Made by a program: the position numbers and the translations under genes
NCBI GenBank assembly: GCA_977017645.1
Contig: OZ360230.1
Coordinates: 32,798,001-32,862,000 of the forward strand
Origin: Torpedo marmorata
Taxonomy: Eukaryota
Direction of reading: 5' to 3'
DNA: 64,000 nucleotides
In this document: positions 54,601 to 63,000 of the stretch, one piece after another
How the letters are laid out: each line of letters begins with the position of its first letter
Numbering within the stretch: the stretch's first letter is position 1
The notes under the pieces: model-generated
Databases searched by the model: none
What the model saw: the letters and a program-made list of their open reading frames with translations, nothing else
What the model was told of the DNA's origin: nothing

Positions 54601-57600
54601 AATTTAATGCTTGCCTCTGTAATTTAACTGCAATATCATATATTAAGAAATTTTATTGTATCCAGATAATTGTTGCCTTTAACATCAACGCATGCCTGAA
54701 TTTATTTTCAGTATCAGAAACAAGCACAGCCACCACTGCCCCTTCTACCACTCCAGGCACAAGCAGCGAGACAACAGGTACAATCATGCACCATATACGT
54801 ATCCACCGTTCGGTCTTCTCTCCCAGTCAATATTTCCTCATGATGCAAATTAAAAACAGTAGCGATGCCTGATGTTTAAAGCTGAAAAGATTGTTCATCA
54901 TGGCTAAACACAGTTCCATTCAGTGATTCAATGAAAAATTGCACAGATAAAGCATATTTGCGACAGCAGATTTAAGAAAAATAATCAGATGCCCAGCAAG
55001 ATGAAAATCTAACTGTAAATTTGTCTTGTCGTGTCTCTACATAAACTAACGTAATGATTCGACAACAATACCTTTGCCATGTCTGTGACGAATTCAAATG
55101 TCAAAAGGGGCTTCACATCAAGCACTAAACATCAGACTGCAGTGATTGGTGTCAAATACACAATCATTTACACGCTCTATTTTTTATTTTCAAATTCCTT
55201 GCAGTCAGCTAAAGTAATGTTGCCATTAAAATCTATTCAATGGTTTATCAACGACGGACGCACAAGTAGGTAATGGTGAAATGTTCACAATTTTGCCCAA
55301 CTATTTACTCATCACTTGCTGTGACATGGAACCTTCTTCACTTCGAAAATAATCAACAGTCACAAGGTATCCCTTGCAACATTGCTATTACACAAACTAT
55401 TTGTCATAAGAAAGGAAATAAAATTAATTCACTGTTACATCATCTGTTTAAACCATGTATTAGAGCAGCTTGAACATACTCTGATGTATTTTAACTAAAT
55501 GTAATGTGTATCAATTTAAAGGAACTCTATCTACAACGACAGAAGGAAGTACCTCGTCAGTGGAAAGTACAACTTTCAGCTCTTCAACAACAGAGCCAAC
55601 ATCAACGTCAACAGGTAACATCAATGGGCACCGAGGCTTTGTATGTTGGCAGGGATGAGTTACAAATTGTAAAAATATACCTCCAATCAAATATGTGCTT
55701 GGTGTATTGTCCAAGGCTGCATGTCATCAGAAAGGTTAAACTGTTCAAAGTCATTCCCGTATGGAAATTCTGTGGTGTGAAATGTTCTGATCAATATAGG
55801 TTATGTACATATTAATGCTCAGGGGGGCATAGGTTGCATCCCTGCGTGATGAATTCCATGTTAAGTCGTATACTTCAGAGCAGTCACTTCAACAGGATGG
55901 AATGAATTGAGGGATTAACGATAAATAATGAGACCTTGGGCCGATTCCGGTGCAGTTCTGTTCTATTGTCCAGGTTCCCCACAGTCATATATTCTCTCAA
56001 TTCAAGTGATGATTGGAGATGCTTGATAAATTTCTGTTCGGATTTCTGAACTGCTGAAGAAAATCATGTTCACTTTATAGTTCCATGCACTGAATCAGTG
56101 AACTATTCCGTAGATATGGCATATTTGAGAAAAGAAAATTCTTAAAAATAACCATTGGTATTGCAAGACGAGAACACGTGTGAATTTGCATTTTTTATGC
56201 CTCCACATTATAAAATCTAACTATTAAAATAAAAATGGCTTTGCCGTCACTGTAAAGCGTTCAAATAACAAAATTGCCCAGCTCACTCAAATAACCAAGC
56301 AGAATTCAACCTAATCAAATGAATATTAGGCTGTAGTCACTGCTGTCATATATGCATTCACTTTCTGGCTCTAATATCCTTTTCAAACACATTCTACTCT
56401 TGTAAGATCCAGATACTTTTGAAATCTAACATATAATTCAATAATGGATAACCAACAAATAAATATCTATGCCAATTCTACAACTTTTACCTTTAACTAT
56501 TCATTGATATTTCATGGAGGTTTCTTCAAGATAATTAAACATGCAGTTCCATGACATCAGTTGCCAACTACGTTATTGCATTCTGAAATACTTGGCATCG
56601 GAAAGGAAATGAAAGTAATTTGAATAGAGATCTGACTTCCAGGATCGTTGAATCTATGTCTAGATCATAGAAGCTAGAACATAGAAAAATTCAGCACAGT
56701 ACAGGCCCTTCAGCCCTCGATGTTGCGCCGATCCACATATTCCTTCCTAAAAAAAAGTACTAAATCCTCCCTACCCTATAACCCTCTATTTCTCTTTCAT
56801 CCATGTGTCTCTCTAAGTGTCTTTTAAATTAACCCAATGTTTCAACGTCCACCACCATCCCCGGCAATGCATTCCAGGCACCCACAACTCTCTGTGTAAA
56901 AAACCTACCCCTGATGTCTCCCCTAAACGTCCCTCCATTAACTTTGTACATATGTCCTCTGGTGTTTGCAGATCCTGCCCTGGGAAACAGGTGCTGGCTG
57001 TCCACCCTATCTATGCCTCTCATAATCTTGTAGACCTCCATCAAGTCTCCTCTCATCCTTCTGCACTCCAAAGAGAAAGGTCCCAGCTCTGCTAACCTTG
57101 CCTCAACAGACTTGTTTCCCAATCCAGCCAACATCATGGTAAATTTCCGTTGCACCCTCTCCATAGCTTCCACATATTTCCTATAATCAGGTGACCAGAA
57201 CTGAACACAATACTTATCAAAGATTTGTGGAGTTGCAACATGACCTCTCTACTCCTGAATTCAATCCCCCTAATAATGAATCCCAGCATCACATATGCCT
57301 TTTTAAATATCCTGTCAACCTGTGCAGCGACGTTGAGGGATGTATGGATTTGCACCGCATGGTCCAAATGTTCATCCACACTCTTAAATATCCGACCATT
57401 AACCCTGTACTCAGCATTCTGGTTTGTCCTTCCAAAATGCATCACCTCACACTTATTCGGATTGAAATCCATCTGCCACTTTTCTGCCCAACTCTGCATC
57501 CTGTCAAAATCCTCTTGTAAACTTCGACAACCATCAGCTCCATCTACAACTCCTCCAACCATCGTGTCATCCGCAAACCTACTGACCCATTCTTCCACCT

Positions 57601-60600
57601 CTTCATCCAGGTCATTTATAAAAATCACAAAGAGCAGGGGTCCCAGAACAGATCTAATAGCAGCTTTCCATGCCTCTATGTATTTTAACAATAATTTTCA
57701 CATATTTCAAGGAACAACATCTGTGACAACAGAACCAAGCACCTCCACCGAGCAAATTACATCTTTGACCACTTCTACAACAGAGTCAACATCATTTGTC
57801 ACAGGTAACATCAATAATAACCTGCTACTCCAAATGTTGGCATGGAATACATTGTAAGAGTAAAAATATTGTCTCGTTCACGTAATCTCTTGTGGAGCTA
57901 TGCAAGGCGAGAGACCTGACTGTCATCAGAAAGGATCATCGAGTCAGGCTCATGCCCCGATGAAATGACAGTTGCATCCAAGTTTTGATTGAAGGAAATT
58001 ACTGGCAAAAATTAATCCTCAAGTGTCAGTTTGGAAAATCAGTGTTTAATAAATACATATTTCAACTTCAAAAACCAAAAGTTGATTGAAATGATCATGC
58101 AGATTTCTTCGCGTTCAGTTCAAACTGTTGTCATTTTTTCTGAGGCAAAATGGGTAAGCTTTTGGTGCATATTACTAAGAAAAAATTTCAACCATTGCTC
58201 GGCGCTGACAGTTATCAACCTCATGTTGATCCTGACTCTAATTTGTCAGGATGCAACATATAATGTTCAATACTGGCTTAGAATTTATTTTCCTTAATTT
58301 AATGCTTGCCTCTGTAATTTAACTGCATTATCATATATTAAGAAATTTTACTGTATCCAGATAATTGTTGCCTTTAACATCAACGCATGCCTGAATTTAA
58401 TTTCAGTCTCAGAAACAAGCACGGCCACCACTGCCCCTTCTACCACTCCAGGCACAAGCAGCGAGACAACAGGTACAATCATGCACCATATACGTATCCA
58501 CTGTTCGGTCTTCTCTCCCAGTCAATATTTCCTCTTGATGCAAATTAAAAACAGTAGCGATGCCTGATGTTTAAAGCTGAAAAGATTCTTCATCATGGCT
58601 AAACACAGTTCCATTCTGTGATTCAATGAAAAATTGCACAGATAAAGCATATACGACAGCAGATTTAAGAAAAATAATCAGATGCCCAGCAAGATGAAAA
58701 TCTAACTGTAAATTTGTCTTGTCGTGTCTCTACGTAAACTAACGTAATGATTCGACAACAATACCTTTGCCATGTCTGTGACGAATTCAAATGTCAAAAG
58801 GGGCTTCACATCAAGAACTAAACATCAGACTGCAGTGATTGGTGCCAAATACACAATCATTTACACGCTCTATTTTTTATTTTCAAAATCCTTGCAGTCA
58901 GCTGAAGTAATGTTCCATTAAAATCTATTCAATGGTTTATCAAGGACTGACGCACAAGTAGGTAACGGTGAAAAGTTCACAATTTTGCCCAACTATTCAC
59001 TCACCACTTGCTGTGACATGGAACCTTCTTCACTTCGAAAATAATCAACAGTCACAAGGTATCCCTTGCAACATTGCTATTACACAAACTATTTGTCATA
59101 AGAAAGGAAATAAAATTAATTCACTGTTACATCATCTGTTTAAACCATGTATTAGAGCAGCTTGAACATACTCTGATGTATTTTAACTAAATGTAATGTG
59201 TATCAATTTAAAGGAACTCTGTCTACAACGACAGAAGGAAGTACCTCGTCAGTGGAAAGTACAACTTTCAGCTCTTCAACAACAGAGCCAACATCAACGT
59301 CAACAGGTAACATCAATGGGCACCGAGGCTTTGTATGTTGGCAGGGATGAGTTACAAATTGTAAAAATATACCTCCAATCAAATATGTTCTTGGTGTATT
59401 GTCCAAGGCTGCATGTCATCAGAAAGGTTAAAGTGTTCAAAGTCATTCCCGTATGGAAATTCTGTGGTGTGAAATATTCTGATCAATATAGGTTATGTAC
59501 ATATTAATGCTCAGGGGGGCATAGGTTGCATCCCTGCGTGATGAATTCCATGTTAAGTCGTATACTTCAGAGCAGTCACTTCAACAGGATGGAATGAATT
59601 GAGGGATTAACGATAAATAATGAGACCTTGGGCCGATTCCGGTGCAGTTCTGTTCTATTGTCCAGGTTCCCCACAGTCATATATTCTCTCAATTCAAGTG
59701 ATGATTGGAGATGCTTGATAAATTTCTCTTCGGATTTCTGAACTGCTGAAGAAAATCATGTTCACTTTATAGTTCCATGCACTGAATCAGTGAACTATTC
59801 CGTAGATATGGCATATTTGAGAAAAGAAAATTCTTAAAAATAACCATTGGTATTGCAAGACGAGAACACGTGTGAATTTGCATTTTTTATGCCTCCACAT
59901 TATAAAATCTAACTATTAAAATAAAAATGGCTTTGCCGTCACTGTAAAGCGTTCAAATAACAAAATTGCCCAGCTCACTCAAATAACCAAGCAGAATTCA
60001 ACCTAATCAAATGAATATTAAGCTGTAGTCACTGCTGTCATATATGCATTCACTTTCTGGCTCTAATATCCTTTACAAACACATTCTACTCTTGTAAGAT
60101 CCAGATACTTTTGAAATCTAACATATAATTCAATAATGGATAACCAACAAATAAATATCTATGCCAATTCTACAACTTTTACCTTTAACTATTCATTGAT
60201 ATTTCATGGAGGTTTCTTCAAGATAATTAAACATGCAGTTCCATGACATCAGTTGCCAACTACGTTATTGCATTCTGAAATACTTGGCATCAGAAAGGAA
60301 ATGAAAGTAATTTGAATAGAGATCTGACTTCCAGGATCGTTGAATCTATGTCTAGATCATAGAAGCTAGAACATAGAAAAATTCAGCACAGTACAGGCCC
60401 TTCAGCCCTCGATGTTGCGCCGATCCACATATTCCTTCCTAAAAAAAAGAACTAAATCCTCCCTACCCTATAACCCTCTATTTCTCTTTCATCCATGTGT
60501 CTCTCTAAGTGTCTTTTAAATTAACCCAATGTTTCAACATCCACCACCATCCCCGGCAATGCATTCCAGGCACACACAACTCTCTGTGTAAAAAACCTAC

Positions 60601-63000
60601 CCCTGATGTCTCCCCTAAACCTCCCTCCATTAACTTTGTACATATGTCCTCTGGTGTTTGCAGATCCTGCCCTGGGAAACAGGTGCTGGCTGTCCACCCT
60701 ATCTATTCCTCTCATAATCTTGTAGACCTCCATCAAGTCTCCTCTCATCCTTCTGCACTCCAAAGAGAAAGGTCCCAGCTCTGCTAACCTTGCCTCAACA
60801 GACTTGTTTCCCAATCCAGCCAACATCATGGTAAATTTCCGTTGCACCCTCTCCATAGCTTCCACATATTTCCTATAATCAGGTGACCAGAACTGAACAC
60901 AATACTTATCAAAGATTTGTGGAGTTGCAACATGACCTCTCTACTCCTGAATTCAATCCCCCTAATAATGAATCCCAGCATCACATATGCCTTTTTAAAT
61001 ATCCTGTCAACCTGTGCAGCGACGTTGAGGGATGTATGGATTTGCACCGCATGGTCCAAATATTCATCCACACTCTTAAATATCCGACCATTAACCCTGT
61101 ACTCAGCATTCTGGATTGTCCTTCCAAAATGCATCACCTCACACTTATCCGGATTGAAATCCATCTGCCACTTTTCTGCCCAACTCTGCATCCTGTCAAT
61201 ATCCTCTTGTAAACTTCGACAACCTTCAGCTCCATCTCCAACTCCTCCAACCTTCGTGTCATCCGCAAACTTACTGACCCATCCTTCCGCCTCTTCATCC
61301 AGGTTATTTATAAAAATCACAAAGAGCAGGGGTCCCAGAACAGATCTAATAGCAGCTTTCCATGCCTCTATGTATTTTAACAATCATTTTTCACATAATT
61401 CAAGGAACTACATCTGTGACAACAGAACCAAGCACCTCCACAGAGCAAATTACATCTTTGACAACTTCTACAACAGAGTCAACATCATTTGTCACAGGTA
61501 ACATCAATCATAACCTGCTACTCCAAATGTTGGCATGGAATACATTGTAAGAGTAAAAATATTGTCTCTTTCACGTAATCTCTTGTGGAGCTATGCAAGG
61601 CGAGAGACCTGACTGTCATCAGAAAGGATCATCGAGTCAGGCTCATGCCCCGATGAAATGACAGTTGCATCCAAGTTTTGATTGAAGGAAATTACTGGCA
61701 AAAATTAATCCTCAAGTGTCAGTTTGGAAAATCAGTGTTTAATAAATACATATTTCAACTTCAAAAACCAAAAGTTGATTGAAATGATCATGCAGATTTC
61801 TTCGCGTTCAGTTCAAACTGTTGTCATTTTTTCTGAGGCAAAATGGGTAAGCTTTTGGTGCATATTACTAAGAAAAAATTTCAACCATTGCTCGGCGCTG
61901 ACAGTTATCAACCTCATGTTGATCCTGACTCTAATTTGTCAGGATGCAACATATAATGTTCAATACTGGCTTAGAATTTATTTTCCTTAATTTAATGCTT
62001 GCCTCTGTAATTTAACTGCATTATCATATATTAAGAAATTTTACTGTATCCAGATAATTGTTGCCTTTAACATCAACGCATGCCTGAATTTAATTTCAGT
62101 CTCAGAAACAAGCACGGCCACCACTGCCCCTTCTACCACTCCAGGCACAAGCAGCGAGACAACAGGTACAATCATGCACCATATACGTATCCACTGTTCG
62201 GTCTTCTCTCCCAGTCAATATTTCCTCTTGATGCAAATTAAAAACAGTAGCGATGCCTGATGTTTAAAGCTGAAAAGATTCTTCATCATGGCTAAACACA
62301 GTTCCATTCTGTGATTCAATGAAAAATTGCACAGATAAAGCATATACGACAGCAGATTTAAGAAAAATAATCAGATGCCCAGCAAGATGAAAATCTAACT
62401 GTAAATTTGTCTTGTCGTGTCTCTACGTAAACTAACGTAATGATTCGACAACAATACCTTTGCCATGTCTGTGACGAATTCAAATGTCAAAAGGGGCTTC
62501 ACATCAAGCACTAAACATCAGACTGCAGTGATTGATGCCAAATACACAATCATTTACACGCTCTATTTTTTATTTTCAAAATCCTTGCAGTCAGCTAAAG
62601 TAATGTTGCCATTAAAATCTATTCAATGGTTTAGCAAGGACTGACGCACAAGTAGGTAACGGTGAAAAGTTCACAATTTTGCCCAACTATTCACTCACCA
62701 CTTGCTGTGACATGGAACCTTCCTCACTTCGAAAATAATCAACAGTCACAAGGTATCCCTTGCAACATTGCTATTACACAAACTATTTGTCATAAGAAAG
62801 GAAATAAAATTAATTCACTGTTACATCATCTGTTTAAACCATGTATTAGAGCAGCTTGAACATACTCTGATGTATTTTAACTAAATGCAATGTGTATCAA
62901 TTTAAAGGAACTCTATCTACAACGACAGAAGGAAGTACCTCGTCAGTGGAAAGTACAACTTTCAGCTCTTCAACAACAGAGCCAACATCAACGTCAATAG
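512..63000 (+). CDS. Internal portion of a multi-exon mucin-like (PTS, Ser/Thr-rich) glycoprotein gene: 51 cassette-exon copies (14 A, 11 B, 13 C, 13 D); likely extends beyond both window ends
   Basis: Each unit has four AG..GT-bounded segments of 93/66/93/66 nt, all phase 1-1 and open in one frame: [31 protein letters not shown] / [22 protein letters not shown] / [31 protein letters not shown] / [22 protein letters not shown]. The Ser/Thr codon bias is confined to these segments. No transcript evidence is available. Confidence 0.85.
1154..1219 (+). CDS. PTS exon B, unit 1
   Basis: ttttcag|TATCAG...ACAG|gtagat; 66 nt, phase 1-1, open. Confidence 0.8.
1860..2406 (-). mobile_element. 5'-truncated L1 LINE (ORF2 C-terminus, 3' UTR, poly(A))
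   Basis: Poly(T) at ~1858-1868. ORF 2112-2342 ([14 protein letters not shown]...CIPLEKITY) matches the ORF2 end at 20083-20661. Imperfect 21-bp TSD tttcaaaca(tt/ca)ttctactctt at 1839-1859 and 2407-2427. Absent from the other units. Confidence 0.92.
2687..3680 (-). mobile_element. 5'-truncated CR1-clade LINE (HER1-like), unit 1 copy
   Basis: RT motifs SVLGPLLF and [26 protein letters not shown]1 C-terminus [14 protein letters not shown], degenerate (TTCTATG)n tail; frameshifted. Confidence 0.93.
3739..3831 (+). CDS. PTS exon C, unit 1
   Basis: tttcaag|GAACT...ACAG|gtaacc; 93 nt, phase 1-1, open. Confidence 0.8.
4433..4498 (+). CDS. PTS exon D, unit 1
   Basis: ttttcag|TCTCAG...ACAG|gtaaat; 66 nt, phase 1-1, open. 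Confidence 0.8.
5242..5334 (+). CDS. PTS exon A, unit 2
   Basis: AG/GT intact, 93 nt, open. Confidence 0.8.
5885..5950 (+). CDS. PTS exon B, unit 2
   Basis: AG/GT intact, 66 nt, open. Confidence 0.8.
6845..7838 (-). mobile_element. CR1 LINE fragment, unit 2 copy
   Basis: Same truncation point and frameshift as the unit 1 copy. Confidence 0.93.
7896..7988 (+). CDS. PTS exon C, unit 2
   Basis: AG/GT intact, 93 nt, open. Confidence 0.8.
8591..8656 (+). CDS. PTS exon D, unit 2
   Basis: AG/GT intact, 66 nt, open. Confidence 0.8.
9401..9493 (+). CDS. PTS exon A, unit 3
   Basis: AG/GT intact, 93 nt, open. Confidence 0.8.
10044..10109 (+). CDS. PTS exon B, unit 3
   Basis: AG/GT intact, 66 nt, open. 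Confidence 0.8.
11004..11996 (-). mobile_element. CR1 LINE fragment, unit 3 copy
   Basis: Same truncation point and frameshift as the unit 1 copy. Confidence 0.93.
12054..12146 (+). CDS. PTS exon C, unit 3
   Basis: AG/GT intact, 93 nt, open. Confidence 0.8.
12749..12814 (+). CDS. PTS exon D, unit 3
   Basis: AG/GT intact, 66 nt, open. Confidence 0.8.
13559..13651 (+). CDS. PTS exon A, unit 4
   Basis: AG/GT intact, 93 nt, open (ends ...STSK). Confidence 0.78.
14203..14268 (+). CDS. PTS exon B, unit 4
   Basis: AG/GT intact, 66 nt, open. Confidence 0.8.
16710..17888 (+). mobile_element. Solo LTR 1 (1179 bp; probably Ty3/Gypsy-type) nested in L1 ORF2
   Basis: TGTTATG...CGTAACA termini, 4-bp TSD gtag (16706-16709, 17889-17892), AATAAA at 17798, no internal coding domains. 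Superfamily is inferred from the termini and TSD length only. Confidence 0.88.
18249..19146 (+). mobile_element. Solo LTR 2 (898 bp; related but distinct family) nested in L1 ORF2
   Basis: TGTTATG...TGTAACA termini, 4-bp TSD ggct (18245-18248, 19147-19150), AATAAA at 19076. Confidence 0.88.
21052..22042 (-). mobile_element. CR1 LINE fragment, unit 4 copy
   Basis: Same truncation point and frameshift as the other copies. Confidence 0.93.
22100..22179 (+). pseudogene. Dead exon C, unit 4 (pseudo-exon)
   Basis: Acceptor caag mutated to caac (22099), plus a 13-nt internal deletion (80 nt instead of 93). Confidence 0.85.
22783..22848 (+). CDS. PTS exon D, unit 4
   Basis: AG/GT intact, 66 nt, open. 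Confidence 0.8.
23594..23686 (+). CDS. PTS exon A, unit 5
   Basis: AG/GT intact, 93 nt, open. Confidence 0.8.
   Translation, partial: EHYLQRQKEVPRQWKVQLSALQQQSQHQRQ
24238..24303 (+). CDS. PTS exon B, unit 5
   Basis: AG/GT intact, 66 nt, open. Confidence 0.8.
25203..26197 (-). mobile_element. CR1 LINE fragment, unit 5 copy
   Basis: Same truncation point and frameshift as the other copies. Confidence 0.93.
26256..26348 (+). CDS. PTS exon C, unit 5
   Basis: AG/GT intact, 93 nt, open. Confidence 0.8.
26952..27017 (+). CDS. PTS exon D, unit 5
   Basis: AG/GT intact, 66 nt, open. Confidence 0.8.
27763..27855 (+). CDS. PTS exon A, unit 6
   Basis: AG/GT intact, 93 nt, open. Confidence 0.8.
28407..28472 (+). 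CDS. PTS exon B, unit 6
   Basis: AG/GT intact, 66 nt, open. Confidence 0.8.
29367..30331 (-). mobile_element. CR1 LINE fragment, unit 6 copy (27-bp deletion variant)
   Basis: Same boundaries; lacks the VDSQHLFPR codons. Confidence 0.93.
30389..30481 (+). CDS. PTS exon C, unit 6
   Basis: AG/GT intact, 93 nt, open. Confidence 0.8.
31091..31150 (+). CDS. PTS exon D, unit 6, with shifted acceptor (60 nt) or skipped
   Basis: Normal acceptor ttcag is now ttcat (31084). The next AG (ttctcag, 31089-31090) is 6 nt downstream and keeps the frame. Confidence 0.55.
31884..31976 (+). CDS. PTS exon A, unit 7
   Basis: AG/GT intact, 93 nt, open. Confidence 0.8.
   Translation, partial: DLYLQRQKEVPPQWKVRLSAHQQQSQHQRQ
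32528..32558 (+). pseudogene. Broken exon B, unit 7 (31 nt, in-frame TAG)
   Basis: 35-nt internal deletion gives ...AGC ACG TAG TGA; the AG and GT splice sites are unchanged. Confidence 0.8.
33452..34435 (-). mobile_element. CR1 LINE fragment, unit 7 copy
   Basis: Same boundaries; 11-bp deletion near the tail. Confidence 0.93.
34493..34585 (+). CDS. PTS exon C, unit 7
   Basis: AG/GT intact, 93 nt, open. Confidence 0.8.
35187..35252 (+). CDS. PTS exon D, unit 7
   Basis: AG/GT intact, 66 nt, open. Confidence 0.8.
35998..36090 (+). CDS. PTS exon A, unit 8
   Basis: AG/GT intact, 93 nt, open. Confidence 0.8.
36408..38150 (-). mobile_element. 5'-truncated Rex1/Babar-clade LINE
   Basis: Interrupts the unit sequence acattca|ttgtacaag. 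(TTCTGA)n 3' tail, seen as (tcagaa)4 at ~36405-36428. RT ORF with [50 protein letters not shown] and KFADD, typical of Rex1/Babar. Confidence 0.9.
36561..38099 (-). CDS. Rex1/Babar reverse transcriptase ORF (N-terminally truncated, uninterrupted for 512 codons)
   Basis: ORF track; full set of RT motifs; endonuclease domain missing because of 5' truncation. Confidence 0.85.
   Translation of the reverse strand: MQAITAYKTRGNTIDGCDASLPDELNTFYARFEKKNKTVPNRIPERAEDPVISVSEGDVRTSFKRVNPRKASGPDGVPGRVLKICANQLAGVFTDIFNLSLRQSEVPTCFKRASIIPVPKKSSVSCLNDYRPVALTSTVIKCFARLVMARINTYLSKDLDPLQFAYRHNRSTADAISLALHSALDHLENSNSYIRLLFIDYSSAFNTIIPSVLVKKLQTLGLCTPLCNWILDFLIGRPQSVRIGNNVSSSLIINTGAPQGCVLSPLLYSLYTHDCEARHNSNAIYKFADDTTVVGRITNGNEEAYRREIDQLIEWCNDNNLELNVSKTKEMIVDFRRKSGEHNPVLIEGSVVERVKNFKFLGVNISEDLSWSIHVDAITKKARQRLYFVRRLRRFGMSPKTLVNFYRCTVESILAGCITAWYGGANSQDKCKLQKVVTSACDITGTKLHSIEDIYMRRCLNKAASILKDPHHPGHALFTLLPSGKRYRSLKTSTQRHKVSFFPAAIRFLNNQ
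38381..38446 (+). CDS. PTS exon B, unit 8
   Basis: AG/GT intact, 66 nt, open. Confidence 0.8.
39340..40323 (-). mobile_element. CR1 LINE fragment, unit 8 copy
   Basis: Same boundaries; shares the 11-bp tail deletion with unit 7. Confidence 0.93.
40381..40473 (+). CDS. PTS exon C, unit 8
   Basis: AG/GT intact, 93 nt, open. Confidence 0.8.
41077..41142 (+). CDS. PTS exon D, unit 8
   Basis: AG/GT intact, 66 nt, open ([22 protein letters not shown]). Confidence 0.78.
41886..41978 (+). CDS. PTS exon A, unit 9
   Basis: AG/GT intact, 93 nt, open. Confidence 0.8.
   Translation, partial: ELYLQRKKEVPPQWKVRLSVHQQQSQLQRQ
42530..42595 (+). CDS. PTS exon B, unit 9
   Basis: AG/GT intact, 66 nt, open. 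Confidence 0.8.
43489..44456 (-). mobile_element. CR1 LINE fragment, unit 9 copy (27-bp deletion variant)
   Basis: Same boundaries; shares the deletion with units 6 and 10. Confidence 0.93.
44514..44606 (+). CDS. PTS exon C, unit 9
   Basis: AG/GT intact, 93 nt, open. Confidence 0.8.
45209..45274 (+). CDS. PTS exon D, unit 9
   Basis: AG/GT intact, 66 nt, open. Confidence 0.8.
46019..46111 (+). CDS. PTS exon A, unit 10
   Basis: AG/GT intact, 93 nt, open. Confidence 0.8.
   Translation, partial: DLYLQRQREVPPQWKVRLSAHQQQSQLQRQ
46663..46728 (+). CDS. PTS exon B, unit 10
   Basis: AG/GT intact, 66 nt, open. Confidence 0.8.
47622..48589 (-). mobile_element. CR1 LINE fragment, unit 10 copy (27-bp deletion variant)
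   Basis: Same boundaries; shares the deletion with units 6 and 9. Confidence 0.93.
48649..48741 (+). CDS. PTS exon C, unit 10
   Basis: AG/GT intact, 93 nt, open. Confidence 0.8.
49345..49410 (+). CDS. PTS exon D, unit 10
   Basis: AG/GT intact, 66 nt, open. Confidence 0.8.
50155..50244 (+). CDS. PTS exon A, unit 11 (one Thr codon deleted)
   Basis: AG/GT intact, 90 nt, in-frame 3-nt deletion. Confidence 0.8.
50714..51912 (+). mobile_element. 5'-truncated L1 LINE of a second subfamily
   Basis: 13-bp TSD aaaaatgtaagtg (50701-50713, 51913-51925). Frameshifted ORF2 C-terminus (HSTWLCPKV...[14 protein letters not shown]...CIPLERITY), G-rich 3' UTR, A-rich tail. Confidence 0.94.
52008..52073 (+). 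CDS. PTS exon B, unit 11
   Basis: AG/GT intact, 66 nt, open. Confidence 0.8.
52965..53959 (-). mobile_element. CR1 LINE fragment, unit 11 copy
   Basis: Same truncation point and frameshift as the other copies. Confidence 0.93.
54017..54109 (+). CDS. PTS exon C, unit 11
   Basis: AG/GT intact, 93 nt, open. Confidence 0.8.
54712..54777 (+). CDS. PTS exon D, unit 11
   Basis: AG/GT intact, 66 nt, open. Confidence 0.8.
55522..55614 (+). CDS. PTS exon A, unit 12
   Basis: AG/GT intact, 93 nt, open; exon B is deleted in this unit. Confidence 0.8.
56661..57654 (-). mobile_element. CR1 LINE fragment, unit 12 copy
   Basis: Same truncation point and frameshift as the other copies. Confidence 0.93.
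57712..57804 (+). CDS. PTS exon C, unit 12
   Basis: AG/GT intact, 93 nt, open. Confidence 0.8.
58407..58472 (+). CDS. PTS exon D, unit 12
   Basis: AG/GT intact, 66 nt, open. Confidence 0.8.
59214..59306 (+). CDS. PTS exon A, unit 13
   Basis: AG/GT intact, 93 nt, open; exon B is deleted in this unit. Confidence 0.8.
60353..61346 (-). mobile_element. CR1 LINE fragment, unit 13 copy
   Basis: Same truncation point and frameshift as the other copies. Confidence 0.93.
61405..61497 (+). CDS. PTS exon C, unit 13
   Basis: AG/GT intact, 93 nt, open. Confidence 0.8.
62100..62165 (+). CDS. PTS exon D, unit 13
   Basis: AG/GT intact, 66 nt, open. Confidence 0.8.
62908..63000 (+). CDS. PTS exon A, unit 14 (partial unit)
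   Basis: AG/GT intact, 93 nt, open. Confidence 0.8.
   Translation, partial: ELYLQRQKEVPRQWKVQLSALQQQSQHQRQ

Noticed and set aside
512-63000. Assigning a specific gene symbol (MUC2, MUC5AC, MUC19, MUC17 or similar)
   Set aside because: Only low-complexity PTS repeats are in the window, and no diagnostic folded domain or synteny is visible.
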